This document shows, in pieces, positions 12,600-24,214 of a stretch of DNA of 64,000 bases. The DNA lies in the NCBI GenBank assembly GCA_024679065.1, contig JAGIQG010000005.1:107198001-107262000 (forward strand). Reading direction: 5' to 3'. This stretch comes from Sphyrna mokarran. Its lineage: Eukaryota. A program made the translations under genes and the position numbers. Below the pieces are notes generated by a model. The model saw only the letters and a list, made by a program, of their open reading frames with translations. It did not search any database and had not been told where the DNA came from. Position 1 is the stretch's first letter. Each line of letters begins with the position of its first letter.

Positions 12600-13026
12600 G
12601 CAGGTCCTATGAAGAGAGGTTGAAGGATTTGAGGTTGTTTTCGTTAGAAAGGAGGCGGCTAAGAGGGGATCTTATTGAAGCATATAAGATGATTAGAGAT
12701 TTAGATAGGGTGGACAGTGATAGCCTTTTTCCTAGGATGGAGAAAGCTAGCACGAGGGGACACAGCTTTAAATTAAGGGGTATGAGTTATAGGACGGATA
12801 TCAGAGGTAGGTTCTTTACTCAAAGAGTGATTAGGGAGTGGAATGCCCTGCCTGCAGCTGTTGTAGATGCGCCAAGTTTGGTGGCGTTTAAGAGGTTAAT
12901 TGATAAGTATATGGAAGAGAAGGGAATGGTTTAGTTTGGAGGGGCATTGCTTTTTATTTTGGTCGGCACAACATCGAAGGCCGAAGGGCCTGTTCTGTGC
13001 TGTAATGTTCTATGTTCTATGTTCTA
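12600..13026 (+). mobile_element. Young CR1 3' fragment (variant A)
   Basis: Nearly identical to the reverse complement of 7574-8000; (TTCTATG)n tail. Confidence 0.96.
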
Positions 13027-13267
13027 AAACAGTTCAGACCTGTTTTCTTACTTCCCCATTTTATTATTGTTCCATTTTAATGTACTCAAGACAATTTCAG
13101 ACCAGATTTTTATTTCCCTGTTTTATTGTTTTTTCCAGTTGGGTAAAGGTGACACCCTCTCTTCCTTTCCACCTTTATACATTTGTGCAAAGATCTATCT
13201 GCCCTACAGCAAACATTTTTTTGCATGGGCAACATATTATCGGGGTCAATTTGCTTAACAACAGCCT

Positions 13268-13447
13268 TGGTGGCACAGTGATTAGTACTGCTGCCTCACA
13301 GGGCCAGGGACCTGGATTTGTTTCACGGTTTGGGTCACTGTCTGTGTGGGGTCTGCGTGTTCTCCCCTTGTCTGTGTGGTTAGGTGCATTTTGACCCAAA
13401 CATTGCTGCAGTGTTAATGTAAGCCTCACTTGTGACCATTAAAAATT
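13268..13447 (+). mobile_element. V-SINE, internally deleted, with the alternative (Rex1-like) tail
   Basis: Standard head, then GCAGTGTTAATGTAAGCCTCACTTGTGACC. Confidence 0.78.
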
Positions 13448-14569
13448 TAAAAAATACTTTAAATTGACCCTTGATTATTAATTTAAATGCGGCAGGCAAG
13501 CTACAAACTTCAGTGCTCACCTGACCCTCCCGCCCCCACCACTTCCTCCAGTATTATGATAGTGAACTTGGTGGGAAGGTATTGAGGTGGGCACTTGCCC
13601 TATTTTACATGTCCCTACTCCCCACCGCAGGAAACATACCCACAGAGGACACATAACATTCAACCTAACTTAGAGAGAGGGAAAGGATTTGGCATTCCTT
13701 CACAGAAGCTGACTGGAAGTGACTGAATACTTCAGAGTTATGACAGTAAGATTTCAGAGGTATTTTTCACAAAAGAAATATTTGTCCTGGCATTGATTTT
13801 CAGCAACATTGTGGAGGCAGAGTCCAAAGCAGCAGACAGGGATAGTCTGCATTCCAAGATAAAGGCACCAAGAGGACCCATTGGGATCTCCAGTTTCACT
13901 ACTAGTTGATGTTCTGTGGGAAGTTAGGAGAAAAGCTAGAGGCAGCGCTTATGGCCATTGACCATGTTAAGTTCAAACCGTAAATATTTTGCTCAGATTT
14001 GTTCATAGCGGTTGCTTTGTACGTTGTCATATCTAACTAAGGGATTGACTGTGCACTCATTCCATTCAGAGTTATTAGTGTAGACCTATCTCCATTACTT
14101 CCTTTCCAACAAAAGTGCCTGCTCATTCTTGACCTAAGGAAAACAGTCCCAGCTTCTCCAATGTATCTACATTAGTGAAATTCCTCAACTCTGGCACCAT
14201 TTTGGTGAATCTTCACTGCGCACTCTCTGATGCTTTCATATCTTTCCGAAAATATTGTGCCCATAAATGGAGGCAATTGAGGCCAAAGCTTTCTCTGCAA
14301 GAACTTGATTGTAATCTTCCTGCACTTCAACTTGATTCACAGAAAATTATGTCATCTGCCACAGCATTAAATATTGATCTTTTTCCTCAAGATCCATTGA
14401 AAGATGTGGGTTGATGACGTGGACCTGGATTTTCTGCCTAGTTGCTTGTGGAAAGATAAGCAGCAGTGCAGTGAGCTGGATAATGATTTAAATGATCTAA
14501 GACCATATTACAGAGTCAGTTCACTCAAATAATTATTTATAGCTGCCCTTGGGGTGCCTTTTAGGAATT

Positions 14570-16270
14570 TTTAAAAAATTCATTTGTGGGACACAGGCGT
14601 CCTTGGCTGGCAAAAATTTATTTCCCATCCCCAGTTGCCCTTGCAAAGATGGTGATGAGCTGCCTTTTTGTATCGCTGCAGTTCCATGTTCTGTGGGTTG
14701 ACACACAATGCCGATTGGGAGGGAATGCCAAGGTTTTGACCCAGTGACTGTGAAGGAACAGCGATATATTTCCAAGTCAGGACGGTGAGTGGCTTGGAGG
14801 GGAACTTGCAGGTACTGATGTTACCAATTATCTGTTGCTCTTATCCTTCTAGATGAAGTGGTTGTGGGTTTGGCTAAGGATCTTTGGTGGATTGCTGCAG
14901 TGCATCAAGCAGATAATACACACTGTCACTATAGAGCATTGGTGGGAGGATTGAATATTTGTCGATGTGTGCAAATCAAGCAGGCTGTCTTGTCCTGGAA
15001 AGTGGCAAGCTTCTTGATTGATATTAGAGCTACACCCATTCAGGCAAAAGGGGAGTATTCTATCACATTTCTGACTTGTCCCTTGGAGATGGGTAGATAG
15101 TCTCTGGAGTGATAGTCAGGAGGTGAGTTAGTCGCTGTAGTATTCCTAGCTTCTGACATGGCCTTGTAGCCACTGTGTTTATGTGGTGAGTCCAGTTGAA
15201 TTTCTGGTCAATGGTAACCCCAAGGATGTTGACATTTGGGAATTCATTGATGGTTGCACTATTGAATGTTAAGGGTTAGTGTACCTCTTATTGGTAGTGG
15301 TCATTGCCTGACATATCCCCGCATTATAAGAAAGATGTGGAGGCTTTGGAGAGGGTACAGAGGAGGTTTACCAGGATGTTGCCTGGTATGGAGGGCAGGT
15401 CTTATGAAGAGAGGCTGAGGGATTTGAGGTTGTTTTCGTTAGAAAGGAGGCGGCTAAGAGGGGACCTTATCGAAACATATAAGATGATTAGAGGTTTAGA
15501 TAGGGTGGACAGTGATAGCCTTTTTCCTAGGATGGAGAAAGCTAGCACGAGGGGACACAGCTTTAAATTAAGGGGTGATAGTTATAGGACGGATATCAGA
15601 GGTAGGTTCTTTACCCAAAGGGTGGTTCGGGAGTGGAATGCCCTGCCTGCAGCAGTTGTAGATGCGCCAAGTTTGGTGGCGTTTAAGAGGTTAGTTGATA
15701 AGTATATGGAAGAGAAGGGAATGGTTTAGTTTGGAGGGGCATTGCTTTTTATATTGGTCGGCGCAACATCGAAGGCCGAAGGACCTGTTCTGTGCTGTAA
15801 TGTTCTATGTTCTATGTTCTATCTGTGTGACATGAAAGTTATTTGCCCAAGCCTGGATATTGTCCAGATCTTGTCGTATTTGAACATGTAATGCTTCAGT
15901 ATCTGAGGAGTTGTAGATGGTGCTGAACATTGTGCAATCATCGGCGAACATCCCCACTTCTGACCTTATGATGGAGGGAATGTCATTGATGAAGCAACTG
16001 AAAATTATTGAGCCTAGGATACTACCCTAAGAGACTCTTGCAGAGATGTCGTGGAGCTGAGATGACTGACCTTCCACAACCACAACTATCATCTTATGTA
16101 CAACATATGACTCCAACCTGCAGAGAGCTTGCCCCCTGATCCCGTTGATTCCAGATTCACTAGGGCTCCTTGGTGCCACACTTGGTCGAATGCGGCCTTG
16201 ATGTCGACAGCTGTCACTCTCATCTCATCTCTGGAATTCAGCTCTTTTGTCCATGTCTAAACCAAGGTTG
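14570..16270 (-). mobile_element. Older CR1-clade LINE of a distinct family, split by a young CR1
   Basis: Minus strand reads PSIIRSEVGMFADDCTMF around 15925-15980; 3' end ...CCCACAAATGAAT; a short 3'-end fragment of the same family lies at ~11100-11150 (+). Confidence 0.8.
15316..15822 (+). mobile_element. Young CR1 3' fragment (variant B) nested in an older CR1
   Basis: ORF 15304-15729 matches the ORF2 C-terminus (RGDSY, ETYK, RLVDK); tail present; host element resumes on both sides. Confidence 0.96.
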
Positions 16271-17389
16271 GGTGATTCACACCATCAAATGTTGGGTAAG
16301 CAGTCTAAGATTGTCCAGTAGAAAACACTAACTTTCAATAAATAAACTCTGGCCTCGTGCCAATCACTCATCCAAACTCCAATTGCTTTTATTGGATCAC
16401 ATGAATACCTTTACCTCAGGGTGGTGTATTTTCAGGATCAAGATACAATTGAAAATTTAGGCACACATTTATTTTCCAAGGACTTTATGCCTCATATTAT
16501 TAAACAAAATCTATCTTCATAATATGTTGTCACTTACTGAAATCCAACTTGGTTTGCATGAAAAATTAGGAAGATCACTGTTTTCTATTGCTTGCTTTAA
16601 CTGCACCATTTCATGAATGGGGCAACAAGATGACACAGGGAAGTCACACTCCTATCTTGGTGAAATCACTCCTTTGTGAAATGCAGGTGACAAGAAAATA
16701 CATACATTTCACATATATCCATATGGCTCTGTAGAAATGCCCATTGCTTGAAATAACTTTTGATATATATTGCTTGAAAGACATTTTAGACTCCCCTAAA
16801 TTTTATATCATGAGAAACAAAAGTGAATATAAAAACATTTTAATCACAAAATGTGGGCAGGACCTGTGACTGTAACCACATTCTTGAGGCCTGAAAAGGC
16901 TATCTCTACATGATCCAGGAAGTATATTGGGAAATCACTTGTTTGCTGAATTAAATTTTTTTAGCACCCCATACCAATGCTATGCATTATTAGCATGCAA
17001 TTCCAACATCGCATAACTGCATAAAACAATGAGGCCATGTGATCCCACCTGAAGGGCCTACTCTAGAATTCCACCCCGTCCACACTGATCACATCCTGGC
17101 AACCAAAACAATTAATTGCCATAGTACTGTTGATGTTAAATGGGGTTGGTGAATAATTAAACAGGGAGGGAAATGACATCGTGGACTTTTGGATGGAAAA
17201 ACTAATGATTGTAGATAACTACCGCTATGTCACTGGAGCAGAAAGTTATTGGACATTTTTTGCCCTAGAATTTTTAATACTCCAGACATGAATGGAAGAC
17301 GTATGGCTGATGAGTGAAAGTGAATAATGTTCTGAATGGTGTGAAGTTAAGCAGTAATACTATGATTGTGCTTAATTAATGAAGTATTC

Positions 17390-17600
17390 TTTATATGACT
17401 GTATTAGACAGTGACATGTTTGACATGTAAAGATCAATATATAAACATGGATATCCTCAAGTGACTGATGCAATTTGACTTTCGTTAATTTGATTTATCT
17501 GTCAAGGGAATGACAAACCAAAATGTTCAAGCTTTCAATTTTCAAACCCTATGTCTGGATTATTTAAAGATTCATCAGACCAATCAGTTAATCATAAAGC
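17390..17600. promoter_or_regulatory. Candidate enhancer / conserved non-coding element with Pbx-Hox + Meis motif pair
   Basis: TGATTTAT (17491-17498) directly followed by CTGTCA (17499-17504), several further TGACA sites, in repeat-free AT-rich DNA. Confidence 0.3.
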
Positions 17601-18198
17601 AGTGTGCAATAAAAAGAAAAGATCAAAACTGCCAATCGCAAGTTATAAGACATGCACATTCATTCGTGGAGATAAAATTTCTTCCTCAATACAGGTTAAA
17701 ATGAAAAGACCTCAACTATTGCATTGGAAGGAAAAAAGTTCTTCAAATATAATTTGACCATAGAAACAATGTGACAATTAAATCTTATAGTTACTGAAAA
17801 TAAGCTGGTTCTCTGCACAAGTAATAGAGACAGTAATAGAGTGTTTAACTTAATTCATTCAGCATTTATAGTCAGGAAATTGAGCCAATGGATTTTGTTC
17901 TTTAGTGCTGTGATTTTCAAAAAGTTATTAAAAAATGTTCCTCGTTCTTCGGTTATTCCAGATACTTCCACTAATGATGCATAGTGACAGTCCTTCAGGC
18001 ATACTATCTGCAGAGGCCTAACAACCAAAAAATATTTGCACAGTTCAGTTCAGATTGCACAAAAATTAACTCGGGGGCATTTCTTGTGTCCATATCAAAT
18101 ATTCTCAATTCATACATAACATAACACAAGAGTGCCTTTTTAGCTTCAGGTGAGCGTATCCATCACATCAGAAGCACTAAGATTGGGGAATACAGCTG

Positions 18199-19473
18199 AT
18201 GTGCATCGTACCCGCAGAACACATCGCATACCTGGAGAGAATAATTAGGGATAGGATTTATAGTTATTTAGAGAGGAATGAATTGATTAGGGATAGTCAG
18301 CATGGTTTTGTGAAGGGTAGGTCGTGCCTTACTAACCTCATTGAGTTTTTTGAAAAAGTGACTAAGGAGGTGGATGGGGGTAAGGCGGTTGATGTGGTAT
18401 ATATGGACTTTAGTAAGGCGTTTGATAAGGTGGCCCATGGAAGACTTCTGCAGAAAATGCAGATGTATGGGATAGAGGGTGATTTAGCTAATTGGGTTAG
18501 GAATTGGCTAGCAGATAGAAGACAGAGGGTGGTGGTTGATGGGAGATATTCATCGTGGAGTTCGGTGACAAGTGGTGTACCTCAGGGGTCTGTTTTGGGG
18601 CCCCTGCTGTTTGTAATTTTTATAAATGATCTGGATGAGGGTATTGAAGGATGGATTAGTAAATTTGCAGATGACACTAAAGTCGGTGGAGTGGTAGATA
18701 GTGAAGAGGGGTGTTATAGTTTGCAGAGGGACTTGGACAAGTTGCAGAGCTGGGCCGAGAGGTGGCAAATGGAGTTTAATGTGGAAAAGTGTGAGGTAAT
18801 GCACTATGGCAGAAATAATAAATGTGTAGAGTATAGGGCTAATGGTAGGATTCTTAGTAGTTTTGATGAACAGAGGGATCTTGGTGTGTATGTGCATAGA
18901 TCCCTGAAAGTAGGCAGTCAAGTCGAGAAGGTTGTTAAGAAGGCATATGGAGTCTTAGCTTTTATTGGTAGGGGGATTGAATTTCGGAGCCGCAACGTCA
19001 TGTTGCAACTGTACAAAACTCTAGTGCGGCCGCACTTGGAGTATTGTGTGCAGTTCTGGTCCCCGCATTATAAGAAAGATGTGGAGGCATTGGAGAGGGT
19101 ACAGAGGAGGTTTACCAGGATGTTGCCTGGTATGGAGGGCAGGTCTTATGAAGAGAGGCTGAGGGATTTGAGGTTGTTTTCGTTAGAAAGGAGGAGGCTA
19201 AGAGGGGACCTGATCGAAACATATAAGATGATTAGAGGTTTAGATAGGGTGGACAGTGATAGCCTTTTTCCTAGGATGGAGAAAGCTAGCACGAGGGGAC
19301 ACAGCTTTAAATTAAGGGGTGATAGTTATAGGACGGATATCAGAGGTAGGTTCTTTACCCAAAGGGTGGTTCGGGAGTGGAATGCCCTGCCTGCAGCAGT
19401 TGTAGATGCGCCAAGTTTGGTGGCGTTTAAGAGGTTAGTTGATAAGTATATGGAAGAGAAGGGAATGGTTTAG
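18199..19473 (+). CDS. CR1 ORF2 RT fragment (424 aa); the first ~11 codons come from flanking DNA
   Basis: QHGF, YMDFSKAFD, GVPQGSVLGP, FADD motifs; N-terminal MCIVPAEHIAY does not match the 707-aa copy. Confidence 0.85.
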   Translation: MCIVPAEHIAYLERIIRDRIYSYLERNELIRDSQHGFVKGRSCLTNLIEFFEKVTKEVDGGKAVDVVYMDFSKAFDKVAHGRLLQKMQMYGIEGDLANWVRNWLADRRQRVVVDGRYSSWSSVTSGVPQGSVLGPLLFVIFINDLDEGIEGWISKFADDTKVGGVVDSEEGCYSLQRDLDKLQSWAERWQMEFNVEKCEVMHYGRNNKCVEYRANGRILSSFDEQRDLGVYVHRSLKVGSQVEKVVKKAYGVLAFIGRGIEFRSRNVMLQLYKTLVRPHLEYCVQFWSPHYKKDVEALERVQRRFTRMLPGMEGRSYEERLRDLRLFSLERRRLRGDLIETYKMIRGLDRVDSDSLFPRMEKASTRGHSFKLRGDSYRTDIRGRFFTQRVVREWNALPAAVVDAPSLVAFKRLVDKYMEEKGMV

Positions 19474-19566
19474 TATGGAGGGGCATTGCTTTTTATATTG
19501 GTCGGCGCAATATCGAAGGCCGAAGGGCCTGTTCTGTGCTGTAATGCTCTATGTTCTATGTTCTAT
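18233..19566 (+). mobile_element. Young CR1, 5'-truncated within RT (variant B), 8-bp TSD ATACCTGG
   Basis: Intact ORF to stop at 19473, tail, ATACCTGG at 18228-18235 and 19565-19572. Confidence 0.97.
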
Positions 19567-19998
19567 ACCTGGTATATCCTTTCAGCTTGCCAGGCCTACC
19601 AAAATGGTAAAATATATTCTTTTCTACACTCTTTCTCTTCAGTTGTTTGGGTTTGGAGGAAACAGCTATGACTAATTTGGTCAAGAGTTGAACTTTTGGC
19701 AATGGAAATCAAGTGTCATGCATGAGGTCTTCTCAATGATCCTTACAGCTATTGGAGAGAAAAGAGTTTCATTTTATTTACCTGAAGTGAAATCAAGACT
19801 CCAAATCCAGATTAAAATTAAAAGGTTCTGACCGAAATATTGTCCAGTTGGTCTTTCACACCTTCCTTGTTGCTTTTCCTCACTTGATTTGGTTACTACA
19901 TCAAAAAAATTGCTGCCAAAGATCAGAAGAAATAGGAGCAGAATAAGAAGGCTATATTGACTTCATCCATCATTCAATCATGGCTGATTTTAGCTCCA

Positions 19999-20201
19999 TG
20001 TATAACTTGGGTCCACCTGTTATTAACGAACAAAGAACATTTATTACGGGAACAAATTTATATAGAGCAAGGTAGATTTGATGCTTACAGTCATGCCACT
20101 AGAATCTAACTGCCGGGACAAGCCCAGACAAGTTGGAGTGATGCCTCAACTTGGTTCTGGATTGTTCAGAAGATCGCCCTTTAAAAGGATCAAACTCCAC
20201 A
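19999..20201 (-). mobile_element. 203-bp solo-LTR-like element (TGT...ACA, 5-bp TSD CTCCA) inside an old CR1 3' end
   Basis: CTCCA at 19994-19998 and 20202-20206; minus strand has TTTAAA/TATATAAA upstream of AATAAA. Confidence 0.65.
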
Positions 20202-20569
20202 CTCCACTTTCCATCAGCTCCCCAAGTCTTTTGATTCTCTTAGAAACTAGGAATCTGTCTTTCAGCCTTTGGTAAATTTAATGATGGAGCATCGACACCC
20301 CTCTAGGGTAGAAAGTGCCAAAGCTTCACAAGTATTTCAGTGAAGACATTTTTTCTCATCTCAATCTAAATGATTGGCATCTTATTCTCTGACTCTGCAC
20401 TCATGTTCTAGATTTCTTAGCCAAGGAAATCAATCTTCCAGTGTCCAGCTTTTAAACCTCTTCACACTCTTGTATATTCCAATAAGATCAACTTTCATTC
20501 TTCTAAACCTCAGAGCACATAAACACATTTACTCAGCCACTCATCATGGGCAATTCTTTCATCCAGGAA

Positions 20570-20711
20570 TGAGGTGGAGATGCCAGTGTTGACTGGGATA
20601 AACACAGAAAGAAGTCTCACAACACCAGGTTAAAGTCCAAGAGATTATTTGGTATCAAGCACCACTAGCTTTCAAAGCTCTACTCCTTTGTCAGGTGAGT
20701 GGGGAGTTCTG
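20570..20711 (-). mobile_element. Penelope-like terminal fragment
   Basis: Reverse complement of the 38745-38888 region. Confidence 0.8.
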
Positions 20712-21603
20712 ATCCTTAGATTATGACCCCTGGTTCAGGTCACCCTCACCATCAGTAATATCTTTCCTGCATCTACTGTCTCTAGTTCTGTTGGAATTTT
20801 ATAGGTTTCTATACAATCCCCCTCATTGTTTTAAATTCCAGCAAATATAATCCTAACCGACTCAATCTGTTCTCATGTCATTCCTGCCTTCTCAGAAATC
20901 AGTCTAGTAAACCTTCTCTGCATTCCCCCTGTAGAAAGAACCTCCTCTCGAATAAGGAGACTAACACTGCACACAATAGTCCAGGTATAGTCTCACCAAG
21001 GCCCTACATAATTGCAGCAAGTCTTCCCTACTCCTGCCCTCTAATCTTTCCCCAGGAAGGTTACCGTATCATTTGCCTTCTTCATCACTTGCTGCACCTG
21101 CATGCTTGCCTTCAATGACTGATATACAAGGACACCCTCGTCTCTTTGCATATTCACTTATTTTTCATTTTTAGCCGTTCAGATAATAATATCTCCCTGT
21201 TTTTGCTACCAAAGTGGAGAAGCTCATATTTACCACATTATGCTGCATCTGCCATACAAATGCCCACTCATTTAGCCTATCCAAATCACACTGAATCATC
21301 TCTGCATCTTCTTCAATACTTCAGATTGTTTAACAGCACAATGTGGAATTATCTGAATTATATACTGCTGTACCAGAGACAACTACTTGCTCATTAAGCT
21401 ATAGATGACTCTTTCTTGCTGAGGTTTTTTTTTGAATGAAATGTATTTTTGTTGAATATTTCAAATTGTTTTTTTTTAAATGCTTACTGATTGTCATACC
21501 TTAACTTTATTTGCTCAATGAACTCTATCCAGTTTTTCCCTCATGAACCACTGTAATTTGCTTTGGTTAAATTTAATATTCTTGTTTGGGAGTGAAGTAT
21601 GAA

Positions 21604-23792
21604 CAGCATGGTGACACTGCTGCTTCACAGCACCAAGGGCCAGGTTCAATTCCTGACTTGGGTCACTGTCTGTGCGGAGTCTGCACGGTCTCCCTGTGCC
21701 TGAGTGGATTTCCCCTGAGTGCTGTGGTTTCTTCCCACAGTGTGAAAGACATGCTAATTAGGCACATTGCTCATGCTAAATTCTCCTCAGTCTACCAAAC
21801 AGGCACCGAGATGTGATGACTAGGGAATTTTCACAGTAACTTTGTTGCAGTATATTTGATTTGAATTGATTTATGATGATGATACAATGAAAAGTATTGT
21901 TTCTTGCATGCTATACAGTTAAAACATGCCATTCATAGAGAAGGAAATGAGAGAGTGCAGAATGGAGTGTCACAGTCATAGCTAGGGTGTAAAAAAAGAT
22001 CAACTTAATGCAGGGTATGTAAGTCCATTCAAAAGTTTGACAGCAGCAGGGAAGAAGCTGTTCTTGAGTCAATTGATACGTGATCTCAGACCTTTGTATC
22101 TTTTTTTCTGACAGAAGAAGGTGGAAGAGAGAATGTCCAGAGTGAGCAGCGTCCGTAATTATGCTGGCTGCTTTACCAAGGCAACAGAGAGTGTAGACAG
22201 AGTCAATGGATGGGAGGCTGGTTTGCTTGGTGAATTGGGCTACATTTACAACCTTTTATAGTTCCTTGCAGTGTTGGGCAGAGCAGGAACCATACCAAGC
22301 TGTGTTACAACCTGAAAGTTTGCTTTTTATGGTGCATCTGTAAAGGTTGGTGAGAGTCATAGCTGACATGCCAAATTTACTTAGTCTTCTGAGAAAGTAA
22401 AGGCATAGGTGGGCTTTCTTAACAATTGCATCAGCATGGAGGCGATATGGATATCTAAAAATTTGAAGTTCTTGACCCTTTCTACTTCATTCCCCTGGAT
22501 CTAGACAGGGGCATGCTCTCCTTCACGCTTCCTGAAGTCAATGACAATCTCTTCCATTTTGTTGACATTGAGGGAGAGATTATTGTTGCCAAACCAGTTC
22601 ACCAGATTCGCATCCCTGTACTCTGTCTCGTTATTGTTTGAGATCCAACCCACTAAGGTAGTGTTGTCAGTAAATTTGAAAATCAAATTGGAGGGGAATT
22701 TGGCCACATGGTGATAGGTATTTAAGGAGTATAGTAGGAGGCTGAGAACACAGCCTTGTGTGGTAATGATATTGAGGATGATTGTGGGCGAAGTGTTGTT
22801 ATCTATACTCACTGATTGTCGTCTGTGAGCAAGGAAGTTCACCCAGTCACAGAGGGAAGAGCCGAGGCCCAGGCCATACAGTTTGGAGATGAGTTTCATA
22901 GGAATAATGGTGTTAAAGGCTGAGTTGTAATCAATAAATAGTAGACTGCCTTCAGTGTCCTTGTTATCTAGGTGTTCCAAGATGGAGTGCAGGGCTAGGA
23001 AGATGGCGTCTGCTGTAGAAACTGTTATGGTGATAAACAAACTGGGAAGCTGCAATTGATTTGTGCCGTGACTAGCCTTTTGAAGCACTTCATCATGATG
23101 GATGTCAGAGCCACCAGCCAGAAATCATTAAGGCCTTCCTTGGTTTTTCTTAGGTACCGGGATGATGGTCATGAAGTAGACAGGAACTTCAGGTTGTGGC
23201 AGAGAGGTTGAAGTTATTTGCGAATACTCTCACCAGCTGATCCGCACAGGATCTGAGTCTGGGTACTCCATCTAGGCAATAGCTTTCTGTCGGTTGACCT
23301 TTAAGAAAGCTGCTCTGACATCTGCAATGGTGACTTCGGTTACAGCTTCATCCAGGGCTCCAGGGTGATGGGCATGTTCTCGCTGATCTCTTGCTCAAAA
23401 CAGACGCATAATGAATTGAGCTTATCAGGGAGGGATGTGTTGGAGCTGGTGATGTTACATGCCTTCATCTTGTAGCCTGTTATGTCTTGCAGACCTTGAC
23501 ATAATCAGCAGGGGTCAGTGTGGCTAGCCTGGGACTCTAGCTTTGTCCAGTACTGTCTTTTGGCATTTTTGATGGATCACCTTAAATCATATCTAGCCTT
23601 CTGGTATCAGTGTCTCCTGGCTTGAACACCTTAGACAGACCTGGATTTCAGCAAGCAGTGGATATCCCTGTTCATTCATGGTTTCCAGCTGGGGAGCACA
23701 TGGATTTGCTTCTTTGGCACAATGTCTTAGATCAGGAAATAGAATAGTAAAAGTGTGATGTAAGTCTACTTATGACTCTAACAAACAAACTA
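21604..23792 (+). mobile_element. V-SINE with Rex1-like tail, split by a Rex1 LINE (21604-21851 and 23752-23792)
   Basis: Tail TTTTCACAGTAACTTTGTTGCAGT resumes as AGTGTGATGTAAGTCTACTTATGAC. Confidence 0.78.
21855..23728 (-). mobile_element. Rex1/Babar-type LINE, decayed and 5'-truncated
   Basis: ORF 22501-23088: STADAI.LALH..LEHLDNKDT..LLFIDYNSAFNTIIP, QGCVLS, KFTDNTTLVG (degenerate FADDTT); (AATCA)n-like tail. Confidence 0.88.
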
Positions 23793-24214
23793 AAAAAACG
23801 TATGTCATTTTCAAATGTAATGTGGAATTCAATTGAATTATGATCACTTTTTTCAGTGGAATTTTTACTATGGATAATTAATTAATCCTGTCTCATATTT
23901 GGCATAAAATAGTTTTATTCCCAATCAGTTCAACAATGCGTTGTTCCAGAAAACTGTATGAAAGCATCCTACAAACATATTTTCCAGACTACCTTTGTGA
24001 ATTTAATTGGTCCAACTGTATAATGATTAACATTCCCTACAATTATTACATTTTCTTTGTTAGAAGTTTCAATTATTGCTCTGTCGAATTGTGTAACCAC
24101 AGGTCAGGGGTTACTAACTGCTTCCGCCAAGTTTTTCTGATACTTGTTATTACTAATTCCATCAGATTGATTCTACTTTCTGATTTAAGTCCTTTCTCAC
24201 AACTGTTTTTATGT

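Larger units (their letters stand above)
19925..21315 (-). mobile_element. Old CR1 3' fragments with nested LTR-like and Penelope pieces
   Basis: Typical AAATAGGAGCAG...ATCATGGCTGAT UTR and CTGCACACAATAGTCCAGGT (antisense of HLDYCVQ). Confidence 0.7.

Noticed and set aside
18199-18235. Domesticated RT gene created by an upstream in-frame ATG
   Set aside because: The ATG lies in flanking DNA outside the TSD, the RT lacks its N-terminal subdomains and is near-identical to other young copies; an open frame reflects youth, not selection.
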